DNA of 64,000 nt, from assembly GCA_965240325.2 (NCBI GenBank), contig OZ251237.1, forward strand, positions 744,001 through 808,000, read 5' to 3'. The notes beneath the pieces are model-generated. The model had not been told where the DNA came from. It did no database searches and worked only from the letters and a program-made list of their open reading frames with translations. Below are positions 23,820 through 34,517 of the stretch, piece after piece (the stretch's first letter is position 1; each line of letters starts with the position of its first letter). The position numbers and the translations under genes were made by a program. This DNA is from Rebecca billardiae RCC1528 (taxonomy: Eukaryota; Protista; Haptophyta).

Positions 23820-24517
23820 TATATATATATATGTGTGTTCACGGCAGGCAACTGCCTTGTGCCACACCCGGGCTAGGTGGGCAGCTAGGGGCTGGCGGCA
23901 GCCGAGAGGGGCCGCTTTCCCCCGCCCCCGCTGCTGCGAAGGCGGCGGGGGTGCGCTGCTTGCCTCCGCAGGCGAGCAGCGCGCAGTTTACGCCGGGCAT
24001 GTGGACCTGCCCACCCTTCATCTTCCAGTCCTTCCCTTCGGCTGGGGCTCGATCAGTCGACGCGGCGTCGCTCACAGCGCAGGCAGGTGTTTGGCGTGGC
24101 TGCACTCTGAGACTCTCGAGGTGGCTGGGATACAACATCCAGGTGCAGCACCCTCCCCGTGTGGTGTCAGAGCGCGCTCTCGAGCGCGTGCCTCCGAGCG
24201 AGCGTGGGGCGGCAGCTTGCTGCAATGGCCGCCTCAATGAGGTGCGGCAACGCGCCCCTCACCTGCCTGCGCCGGTCTGTTTTGGGGCGGTGTCTTTGTG
24301 CAGTGTTGGATGGCGTCAATCACGCCTCAACCAAGTGTGCACGTTAAAACATATAGTAAACTGTACTCAGTCAGGCACCGACCTCACCGCCGCCATCATC
24401 ATCATCGTCTTCGTCCACGCTGCCATCGCCCACCACAGTCCTCGAGCGGGCAGGACGAAGCTGTTGCTGGGTAGTAGTCACCGTCGCCGCATCGGCAGCA
24501 GGTGCTGCATCAGCAGC

Positions 24518-27500
24518 TCATCTCTCTTCATCTGCATCCGCGGCAGCGATGCCAGGCGGCGGCGTCACCAACACAGCCGGCGCTTGAAGCGGCAGCAGCC
24601 CACTCGGCGGCAGAGTGCTCCGAGCCGCGCTGCCCGGGGTACTCCTGGGCTGCACCTGCGCGGCGCGGGCGCACGACGGTGACAATGCGCTCGCGGTGGG
24701 TGACGGCTCGGAGCTGGGCCGAGACTCGATCGTATCGCTGCTCGAGCGCGTATTGGCGCTCGAGCGCGAGTCGGTAGCGCAGGCGGCGCGCTGCACCGCC
24801 GGCAGCAGCGCGCGCACGAGCTCGTTCACGCGGGAGACGCCCGCGAGCTCAATGGCCTGCAGCGCCACGCGCCGGCCGAACGAGCAGTCGTCGTCGTAGT
24901 CTGCGCCTCCTCCGACGGAGCCAGGGCTGCTCGGGCGCTCACGCGTGCCAGGGTCGCTCCCCGACTCGGACCCCGCGCCCGAGGCAGCGCGCCGGCACCC
25001 GTGGTTCGCGTACGCAACGTGGAAGGCGTCGATCGCGGCGACGACCGCCTGGCGCTCGGCCGCGCTCTGCCCGAGCACGAGCACCTCGACATTGTCGACG
25101 GCGCCGCCTGTCGCGACCCACGCCAACAGCCGGACGATCACGCCGAGATGCTCGGTGGAGGACGGGCCAAGCAGCAAGAGCAGCCGGCGCGCGCGGCACA
25201 TGGCCACCACCTCGTGCGCGAGCTGGCGCTCCCGATCCACGTACGGGTCTGCGCACGGCTCGCGCATCCAGACGGTCGGCCACTCGCGGTGCTCCGCGTA
25301 GTAGCCGAGCCGCCAGCTGCGCAGCGCGCGCAGCTTGCTCGCCGTGTCGTCGTGCGCGCAGTGCAGCACGAAGAAGTCCGCCTGCTCCGGCTGGGTCGCG
25401 CGGTCGACGCCGCCTAGGTGCACGGGCGTCGTCGAGCTCGTCGGCACGTGCCGCATCGAGCTCGCCGCCGAGAGCCAGGTCAGGCGAGGCGGGCGCGGCG
25501 CGCGTACGGGCGAGCGGCCCGACTCGCGCGAGGGCGAGCCCTCGGACGGCAGCTTCTCGAGCGGGCACCGCTGCTGCAGCCGCTCCGCGAGCGGCGTGTC
25601 GGGGTCGATCGTCACGCAGTGCAGCCCGCGCAGCGCCTCGGCGACGAGCTGCGTCGGCTCGAGCACCTCGCCCGCTCCGTACCCAAGGAGTGGCGCGAGC
25701 GCCGACGAGAGGCCAGACTGGCGGGAGGCGCCGAGGCCGCACGCCGAGCGCAACAGCAGCGCCTTGACGCGCGCGCGGCTCGAGGGGACGAGGAGGCACG
25801 CGCTCAGCGCGACCGAGCCGGCGAGCAGCCCGCCGAGCGCCATTCCAGCTTCGCGCGCCTGCACGATCCGCGCGCCCTGCGCGAGGCAGCGCGAGGTGTG
25901 CAGAGCCACGAGCGCGAGCGCACCGACCATCTCCACCGAGGCAAGGCGCCAGAGCGCGCGCAGCCGCGCCGTCTGCGCGCGGTAGCCGCCCCCGGCCGCC
26001 GTGCGCGCCCACACGCGGCCGAGCCAGCAGGTGGTGCCCGTGACGGCGAGCGCGTGCACGCCGAGCACGACTGCGTGCGCATCAAGCAGCAGCGGCGGCG
26101 GCGCGATGGCGCACACTCCAATGTCGCCCAGCCCCACCACTGCGCGATGCGCGCTGTGCGCGCCCACGAGGAGCAGCAGCGGGCAGAAGATGGCCGCGAT
26201 GAGCGTCGTCGCGCGCGCGTGCGACGGGATCGGCTCGAGCGAGAGGGCCATGAGCGGCAGCGCGGCGTGCACCGCGACGATGGCCCCCACCAGTGCCACC
26301 TGCTCGGCCACGGATGCGCCCGAGAGCTGCGATGATGATGACGACGATGATCCCCGCCCCTTGACGATGAGTAGAAAGTACGCGGTGAGGGAGAGGACAA
26401 GGAGCACGGCGACGAGGAGCACCGCGGCGATGCGCGCGCGCCACGTGCGCGCGCGCAGCGAGTTGAGCGCGCGCTCGAGCAGCGCGGTGATCTGCACCTG
26501 GTCGAGCACGCCGTCGTCTGCGCCGTCACGGACCTGCGACCTCTGCGTGCCGCGTGACATGCGGTGCTCCTGCCCGCCGCGCGCGGGCTCGAAGCGCTGC
26601 GGGAGCGACAGGAAGCGCTGCTTGCTCGTCGAGCTGCTGCGCGTCGCGCGCGCCAGCTTGAAGTTGACCGACGCCTTCGGCGCGCTCTGCAGCACAACGT
26701 CGTGGTAGGCCGCGCGCAGCAGCGCGACGACATGCCGCGCCTCGATGGCGTGGTCAGCCGCGAGGTAGAGCAGGTGGTCCGCGCCGGTGATGCGCGCGTG
26801 CTCGCGCGGGCCAAACGCCTTGGCCGACTCGCCTGGGAGCACGCTCATCAGCGCAACCACGTCGTACGGCTTGACGAAGCCGTTGAGGTGCGGGATGATC
26901 TCGGCGTCCGCGTCGAGGCGGTCGAAGCCGCTGGCAGCAAACTGCATGGGGTGCACGCCGCAGAAGGTCTGAAAGTACCACAGCTTGGTGCAGCGCTCGG
27001 GCAGCTCGCCGTCGCACACCTTGCGCCACAGCTCCGCTAGCCCAAGGAACTGCGCGTTCGCCAGGTACGCCATCACGGGCGACTCGGTGCGCTCGGCGAA
27101 CGAGCGCGCGAGCTGCATCGGCAGCAGCGGCACCGCGTGCCGCGAGACGACGGTGAGCGGCAGCCCGCGGCCGAAGCAGAAGTCGTACACGGCGGTCGCC
27201 GCGTCGCGGTCGAACTCGTTGTTCATGCTCGTGTCCGCCGCCCAGCGCCCTCCCTCCTCGTCCCACTCCAGCCCCGCCTGCACCGCGACCCGGGCCACCT
27301 TCTGCAGCACGAGCTCAGGCGCGTCCGCGATTACGTCCGCGAGATCGCGCAAGCTCGAGATGCAGACGACGGTGATCGAGGCGGGACGCGCGGTCTTGAG
27401 CACGCCCATCAGCGCAGCGTGCCCGTCACGCTGAATACGCCCCTCGTCGACCGCGCCGAAGCCACGCAGCGCGTACTCGTACGCGCCAGGGTCGTAGCCC

Positions 27501-27848
27501 TCGTTGCCCTTACTCCCGACCGCGACAGGCACCTGACGTGCGCCAACGTGGTCGAGAAGGCAGAGCGCGAGGCGCGCGCGATGCCTCACTTCGGCACCCC
27601 CACCGTTCGCCACGACGAGCCGCAGGTTGATGGCACCACGCCTGTGCCGCGTGCCCGCGATGAGCAGCGCTGCGCACGACCACGCACCACCGCACGCGCA
27701 TTGTCCGGGAGGGACGGCGTACGGTCATGTCGAGCCCAGCGGCGCGAGATGGGCGCGCGCGCGCGCCAGCGCGGCGTTGTATACCCTTTGCATCGTCGGG
27801 GTCGGGACCCGGATCGGTGATGAGCACGAGCTCAGTGGCCGGCGCCAT
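24518..27848 (-). CDS. Nucleoside hydrolase-like N-terminal domain + multi-TM region + degenerate TIR/HET-like C-terminal domain; intron 27670-27784
   Basis: Spliced N-terminus LVLITDPGPDPDDAKALL...LVVANGG carries an IU-NH DxxxDxDD-like motif, followed by VPVAVG, VCISSLRD, NNEFD and PYDVVA. About 6 hydrophobic segments follow, then DFFVLHCAHDD..K..AL...PTVW. Confidence 0.65.
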
Positions 27849-28263
27849 GAGGCGTGGCCTTGCGCGGTGGGTCGTCGATGAGGATGGGTGAGCGCGCCAG
27901 CGCGGTGCCTTTCAGCTTGTGGGCGGAGTTCAGAGTGTGAGTGAGGTCCACTCAGGTTCGGCTCGTGTGTGATCAAATATTCATCATCACGCCGTTGGAG
28001 TAAGCTCCAAGCACTGTGTGATCTCAGAATCTCTCGTGCTTACACACATGCCGTTAAGGTATGACATTACACTGTACCGTACGTATAATTTTACCGTATC
28101 AGAACTTGAACACAGAACAGTGGGGTCCAGTGAGGTCCACTTATTAACCACTCAAGGTAAGGGAAGCCATGATGGCGGGCGACTCCAAGGCCCCAAGGCC
28201 CCAGTGACGCCACGGCCGGGTCACCGCCCGGCGCACCCGCTGCCCAGAGCCACCGGGGGCAGG

Positions 28264-29175
28264 TCATAACGACAGCAGCACGCGCTTGAGCGTGTCGTAC
28301 GCTCCAAAGTAAATGGCGCCGCTGCACGCCGCCATGAGCATGCGCTCGGGCAGCCCGGCGTACAGGACGGGCAACAGAGTCCCCTTCGGCAGCGCGGAGA
28401 GCTCCGAGACCACCGCCAGGGCGCTATCCGCACCCTCGACACCCTGCGTTAGCGTCTTGAGCACGTCGAGGGGCTGCGTCATCACGGCGGCGGCGGCGCT
28501 CGCGACGAAGCCACACGCCGTGTCGGTCAGGATGGACTCGTGGCCAGGGTCCGCGATGTCGCGGAGGTGGTCGAACAGACTGAAGCGGAGGGCGTCGAAC
28601 GGCAGTGCCCGCGCGAGCGTTGGCCAATAGCCTCGAAAGAAGCCGCGCGGGCCATCGGCATCGTCCAGCATCTGCGCCACGAGCTCACCCGCTGTGACGG
28701 TACCCTGCGCTTGGGCGAGCTGGAGCCGCGTCTTGAGCACCTCACCGGGCGTCCGCGTCGTCCAGAACACAACCGAGGCGACCGCCCCGCTCGCAGCCGA
28801 ATCGAAGCCCTCCGCGCGCAGCACGTCACTTATGTACAGGTAGAGCGCACCCGCAGGGGCGCCTGTGATCACAGTCGGAATGAGCCCGTCGTACAGCCCG
28901 GCGAAGTCTGTGCCCGTTGGCGCTGGCGCACCGTCACGTGACTGCTGCTTCGCGCGAATCACTCGCCTTGTGCGCAACGTGTCCACGGGATGGAGGACCA
29001 CGTCGCGCAGGACCTTCGAGGCTGCGCCGGCCAGTAGCCCTGCTGCGGGCATGCTGAGGCCGGTCGTCATCGTCGCGAGCATGATGACGATGACGCCACG
29101 CCGCAACGCGCGTCCTGCGTCGCCACGCGCGTTGCGGCAACGCCGCCACCCGGTCCTGGACGGGCCGCACGCCAT
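28264..29175 (-). CDS. Mitochondrial carrier family protein (S-adenosylmethionine carrier-like)
   Basis: Three PX[D/E]XX[K/R] signatures ([26 protein letters not shown]), plus GLYDG, GFFRGY and AIYFGAYD. The start codon is uncertain. Confidence 0.85.
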   Translation of the reverse strand: MACGPSRTGWRRCRNARGDAGRALRRGVIVIMLATMTTGLSMPAAGLLAGAASKVLRDVVLHPVDTLRTRRVIRAKQQSRDGAPAPTGTDFAGLYDGLIPTVITGAPAGALYLYISDVLRAEGFDSAASGAVASVVFWTTRTPGEVLKTRLQLAQAQGTVTAGELVAQMLDDADGPRGFFRGYWPTLARALPFDALRFSLFDHLRDIADPGHESILTDTACGFVASAAAAVMTQPLDVLKTLTQGVEGADSALAVVSELSALPKGTLLPVLYAGLPERMLMAACSGAIYFGAYDTLKRVLLSL

Positions 29176-29459
29176 CGCATCTCTTCGCAGGGCGAAAGCC
29201 GAAAGGTGGCGTGCAGTCGGGGAGCCGGACTCAGCTCCGCCTGTCCGGTGACATCCAGCACAGCGCCCGGACCGAGACGCCACGCGGCAGCCTCGCTCAG
29301 CACAGCGCAGGTGCGTGGCGGTGTGGTGCTCAGCAGAGCGCGAGCGCCACTGCGTGCGGCTCTGGCGAGTGCAGCGCGCCGGAGTGCTCTCGGCCCGACA
29401 GGCGCGTGGCTCACACAGGAAGCTGGCCCGCGCGCCCGCGCCCCGCTGTGCGCAGCAGC

Positions 29460-29931
29460 ATGACGGTCAAGCGCAGGAACCACGGGCGCAACAAGCATGG
29501 CCGCGGCCACGTGAAGCGCGTGCGCTGCGTGTCCACGGGCAAGGCGATCCCGAAGGACAAGGCGGTGAAGCGCTTCATCGTGCGCAACATCGTCGAGACC
29601 TCCGCCCTCCGTGACATGAAGGAGGCGAGCTGCATCGAGGGTGCGCAGCAGTGCGGCCCACCCGCCGAGGAGAGATGGGGAGACATGTGCACCTCCGATC
29701 TTGGGGCCCTTTCTGCGCCGCGCGCGGCGCGCGTCCGCTGCCTGCGCTGAGCCTTCCTCCTCCCGCAACACATATTCCCCCGCGCGCGCAGGCTACCAGC
29801 TGCCCAAGATCTACATCAAGAACTACTACTGCATCGAGGCGGCCATTCACCAGCGCGTCGTGCGCGTGCGCAGCCGGGAAGCTCGCAAGATCCGCGAGCC
29901 GCCGATGCGGCCACGCCCGCCCCGCAACTAG
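29460..29931 (+). CDS. RPS26: 40S ribosomal protein S26 (eS26); intron 29641-29791
   Basis: [23 protein letters not shown]...[16 protein letters not shown]...LPKIYIK.YYC..AIH.RVVRVRS. Confidence 0.97.
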
Positions 29932-30821
29932 GCGGCGGGTGGTGGTGCGGGGTGGCGAGTGCAGCAGAACACGCGCTGCAACCGCCGCTCGTGCTTGCCC
30001 GGGCAACGCTGCAGCGGTGCAAGCAGCGGGGAGGGCCTGCGAGCTGCAGCCAGAGCTATGCCGGTACACAAACGGCTGTGGTCCTGCTGCGCTCGTACAT
30101 ATGGCATCACGCAGAGCGGAGATGAGATGCATCGTGTGCACCGGCGTTGCGCGTTTGCGTGTACGCCGCGAGAGGTGGCACGTGGCCCTCGATTGACTCG
30201 GCTGCGGTCTGGGCGGACTGTTCAGTGTTCTCGGCCACCCGTGCCTCCCGTCCGCGTCAGGTTTACGAGTGACTCAGTGAGTGTCACGCCTGTGACGACG
30301 ACTGCCAGTGTCACGCGGTGTCTGTGATGAGCCTGAAACGTCGGGCGGTACGTCGCGGCCTTATTACTGCGGAGCCCGGCGTGCTCCTGCCGCTGGCGCC
30401 GCGGCCCGCACGGCTCACGCGCCACGCGGGGCACTCTGTCACTCGGACGGGCCCCGGGCCCGTGTCACAGCCGTGTGCCATGCAAAAATGGCAGTAGGAT
30501 TGAGACCCCCGTGTGATATCCGTCTGGCACTCCACCGCGCCTGACCAGTAGTCAGTACCGCTCATCAGTTAGTCGCGGAGTACGGTCGGGCGGCCCGACG
30601 GGGGCGATTCCGATTAGCTTATCTGATAATACGGTTCGGGCAGTCAGCTAGTATCGGCGGTAGCCTGTATGTATTAATATTGTATATGACGATATATGCG
30701 CGCGGACGAATAATAATATAAGTGCGCGCCGGCTTCACTCATAATTCAGACTATACTCTATAGCATTGACGCAGCAGAGAGTCCGAGTAGACTCTCAGTC
30801 TCGGCCGCCAGCATTTGGCGT

Positions 30822-30998
30822 CGGTGCAGCACCACCGGCCCACCCACCGGTGCAGCACCACCGGCCCACCCACCGGCGCTGGGCTCGCCCCCGCTGGGAG
30901 ATCGAAGATTCCCAGGCGCCGCTGTCATGCAGCGCCGGTGGGTGTCATGCAGCGCCGGCGGTCCAGAGATCGAAGATTCCCAGGCGCCGCTGTCATGC
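30822..30998. repeat. Cluster of short local duplications (26-bp tandem x2; 33-bp direct repeat; 16-bp repeat)
   Basis: CGGTGCAGCACCACCGGCCCACCCAC at 30822 and 30848; GAGATCGAAGATTCCCAGGCGCCGCTGTCATGC at 30898 and 30966; TGTCATGCAGCGCCGG occurs twice. Confidence 0.85.
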
Positions 30999-31805
30999 CG
31001 ATGCGGCTGCATCACATCCGATCGTCCGGCGAACTAGACCTGACTTGCCCAGTTTCTGATGAATGAATATTGGACGGTGCGATCATCTCGCCGCCGCATC
31101 TGCTGGAATATCGGGACGGTTCGTCGTCGCTCGTCAGTGGTCAACTTCGCTGCATCATCTAGCTACAGGGCGGTCCAGATGGTCGGGCGCCCACTTTGGC
31201 GGTGGTCGGCCAGGTCGTGCGGCACGTCCGTGCCTCTGGACGGACATTGAGCGGTGGCGAGGTCGCCAAATCGCGTGGCGTGGTCCCAGACAAGGTTGTT
31301 ACTAGTCCTGGTAAGCTCGCTAGCCATGTCGGTCGATGATCGCCTCGCCGTTGACAGGCGCGCACACGCTGCACACGTATTCACACGGCAACAGACGGAT
31401 TGAACAGTGTTGGGCGGCGGTCGCACGACTACCGCGCAGTCAACATTGATCGTCAGACTCACGGTGTGTGGGATCAGACGGAACATTGACTGGCCTGCAC
31501 CGTCGCAAGGCATACCAAAGAGGGCCGTCAGAAGGGTGCTCCTGGTCCCTACCTGCCCATTCTTCCCACGCGCCGGCCGCACGAGGACGTGGACGTGGAC
31601 GTGAGAGTGGTCGAAAAGTCGGAAAGGAAGATGTCACTCAGGTCCACGTGCTCGTACGGCGACGCCGACCGGCGTGTGGCATGCCTTCCGCTTCCAGACG
31701 TGCCACACGCGCCTTGGATCGCGGTGGGACGGGCATTCACGCCCGCCATGGCTGCCTTTCGGACCTTTCCGAGGTGGGAAACTTGAAACTTCATCTTGCA
31801 CACAG

Positions 31806-32921
31806 CAAGGGTGTCCAGGGTCCGCAACAGCCAGTGCGCAGCGCGGCAGACCTAGGCTGTGACAGAGCGAGGTCGCCGCTCGCCAGTGGGACTCGCCCGC
31901 CCGCCGCCGTGCACGGCGGCGGAGCCGCTCGCGCCGTGCGCTCCTGCGGCCGTCGGATCGGGCTGCGTAGGCGGCGCGCGGCTTGGGCCGTCGCTGAGCC
32001 ACCCAGCGCCCCTCGCTGCGCCGCGCGCCTTCCTCGTCCTCGCCTCCTCCGCGCCTTGAAGCAGCACGCACACGCGCGGCGCCGCCACAAAAGCAGCGCA
32101 GGCGCTCGCGTGCAAGCGCGCGCGCGCAGCGCGCGACGGACTCGACTCGGTGTTCGAGCCTCTGCGGGGACATGCAGTGCTATCACATGCGCGCGCGACG
32201 CCACCTCGAGCCTGCGCGTTTGACCGTCAGTGCACGCTGATGCACGTTACAAAATGGTCTGACTTGGCATCATCACACGTGCGACGGAAGCTTCCACAAC
32301 GGGCCTTGAGTACGTCGACGCGATCGATGCGGGGACGGTTATGCTTGCGTGCGCTTCTCTTGTGGTCTCCACGCTTGCTGAGAAGCGCCGCGTACGTAGC
32401 TGTCATCGTGTCTTGCCTAAGAAGTCGTCCTGACGCATGGCAGGTTCTGGTCAGATTGGGCCTACTTCAACACGAGGACGTGTGAGCATTTGGCGCGTGA
32501 CGGTCACAGCGATGCGCAAGTTCGAGGTGGCGTCGCGCGCGCATGTGATGGTGCTGCATGCCCCCGCAGCGGCGCGAGCCCTGAGTCGAGCCCGTCGCGC
32601 GCTGCGCGCGCGCGCTTGCACGCGAGCGCCTGCGCTGCTTTTGTGGCGGCGCCGCGCGTGTGCGTGCTGCTTCAAGGCGCGGAGGAGGCGAGGACGAGGA
32701 AGGCGCGCGGCGCAGCGAGGGGCGCTGGGTGGCTCAGCGACGGCCCAAGCCGCGCGCCGCCTACGCAGCCCGATCCGACGGCCGCAGGAGCGCACGGCGC
32801 GAGCGGCTCCGCCGCCGTGCACGGCGGCGGGCGGGCGAGTCCCACTGGCGAGCGGCGACCTCGCGATGTCACAGCCTCTGCCGCGCTGCGCACTGGCTGT
32901 TGCGGACCCTGGACACCCTTG
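31806..32921. mobile_element. Foldback DNA transposon remnant with ~420-bp TIRs and 7- or 9-bp TSD
   Basis: 31806-~32229 is the reverse complement of ~32498-32921; the outer part is near-identical and the inner part is diverged. It is flanked by CACACAG (31799-805 / 32922-928), or by GCACACAGC if the ends are one base further in. Confidence 0.9.
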
Positions 32922-33030
32922 CACACAGCCTTGTCTCTGTACTGTACGCATCTCGGTACCCCAGAAACTGTACAAAACTGTATGGGCCTACCCCGACCGG
33001 CTCCCCAGCTGGGCACTCGCGGGCAGCCCG

Positions 33031-34266
33031 ATGCGGACAAGCGGCGTGTTTTGGCTCGCGGTGTGCACGCCCGCCGCCTCCGTGGCGTCCATGCGGTGGG
33101 AGTTCCCCGACGGCGAGGTGTGCGTGAGTGAGCTGAGCGCCGGGCCGCAGAGCACAAACGGCCGCGTGCCGCGCAACGAGGGCGAGCTGCGCCCGGTGCC
33201 GCGGGAAGTGCTGCGCTGTGGCGACGGTGGCACGTTCCTGCCCCGCGCGGCCAACGGCACGTCCAATGCGCTGCAAACCTTCGGCGCCGGCCTGCTCGTC
33301 TTCACGTCCGTCCCCAAGTCGGGCACGTCGACGATGCGCGATATCCTCGGCGCGTACACGCGCCGGGAGAAGCACCAGTTCTTCGTGCCGCGCTTCCTCT
33401 CTCTGCACGCCGGGTTGCGATGCTACTCGCGCGGGCTCTGCGAGCGCTTCGCGGACGCCGGCGTGGACGAGCTGCACCGGCACACCCTCGTGCAGGGCGC
33501 GTACGGCCACTGCCGCGTGCTCTGGGCGAGCGAGCGCGGCAAAGCACGCCCGTGCGTGCACGTGATGCTGCTGCGCCACCCGGTCGAGCGGATGGTGAGC
33601 GACTACCGCTGGTTCTGCACGGGCTGCGCCGAGGCGTGCAAGTACTGCGGCCACCCGATCTTCCGCACGACCCCGTTCGGCCGGCGCTGCCCCCAGCTCT
33701 CCCTGCTCGAGTACGCGTCCCTGGTGGGCAACGTGTACGCGGAGGAGCTCTCGGGCATGAACGCGTGCAGGGCGTGCACGCCCCCCGTCGTCTTCTCGCC
33801 CCACGGCATGCCACTGCTCTTCAAGAAGCAGTGCACCGGCGCGCAGCGCCTCGTGCGCCCCGGTGACCCGGGCCTCGAGCCCGGCGCGTACGCGCGCGCC
33901 AAGGAGGCGCTGCTCTCCGACGATCTCTTCCCGATCATCCTCGAGAACGTGACGCAGGCGCACGGCAGCTGCCTGAGCGTGCCGCTCGTGCTGGGCGAAC
34001 GCTTCGACTGGCCGTTCATGCGCGAGCACAGCGGCACGGCGCTGGCGAGCACGCACGCGAACGACAACTCGGCGAGCAAGAGCGTGCCGCGCAACGCGCC
34101 CACCGCAGCCGAGCTCGAGTCTCTGCACGAGCTGCTGCGTGTCGACCTGGCGCTCTACACGCACGCCGTGCGCAGGTTTGGGCGGTACGTGCACGACAAT
34201 CCGCGCCTCCGCGAGCGCGCGCGCGCAGGCGCGGCTCGTGCCGGCTGTGGCTCGCCCCAAGGCTGA
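33031..34266 (+). CDS. Golgi/secreted-type carbohydrate sulfotransferase (Sulfotransfer_2-like)
   Basis: Signal-like N-terminus MRTSGVFWLAVCTPAASVAS, 5'PSB motif FTSVPKSGTSTMR, 3'PB motif LLRHPVERMVSDY, and C-terminal DLALYTHA. Confidence 0.85.
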   Translation: MRTSGVFWLAVCTPAASVASMRWEFPDGEVCVSELSAGPQSTNGRVPRNEGELRPVPREVLRCGDGGTFLPRAANGTSNALQTFGAGLLVFTSVPKSGTSTMRDILGAYTRREKHQFFVPRFLSLHAGLRCYSRGLCERFADAGVDELHRHTLVQGAYGHCRVLWASERGKARPCVHVMLLRHPVERMVSDYRWFCTGCAEACKYCGHPIFRTTPFGRRCPQLSLLEYASLVGNVYAEELSGMNACRACTPPVVFSPHGMPLLFKKQCTGAQRLVRPGDPGLEPGAYARAKEALLSDDLFPIILENVTQAHGSCLSVPLVLGERFDWPFMREHSGTALASTHANDNSASKSVPRNAPTAAELESLHELLRVDLALYTHAVRRFGRYVHDNPRLRERARAGAARAGCGSPQG

Positions 34267-34517
34267 GCAGCTCAGGAGAATCTCCTGAACTATCTTATAG
34301 TCACAGGCTGCTGCGTATGACTAGCTAGTAGTATGAGATCGCGATGTAGTGCCATCGGTATCGCTCCAGCGTCGCACGAGATGCGCATCAGCATCAATCA
34401 TCATCAATCGTCACCGCGCCGGCAGCGTCGCAATAATTCGTGACTGCGCTACGATCTGCTCGCGCGCGGTGGCGCGCGCTCCTCAGCCGTCATATGCTGC
34501 TGCTGATGTCGCTGTCG

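Noticed and set aside
30320-30545. C/D snoRNA or hammerhead (GTGATGAGCCTGAAAC ... CTGA)
   Set aside because: There is no convincing terminal stem or stem II, and no guide complementarity I could verify.
32437-33030. N-terminal 198 aa of the 609-aa ORF as a TE-sulfotransferase fusion
   Set aside because: It is read-through of the GC-rich TIR; a signal-peptide-like start exists at 33031.
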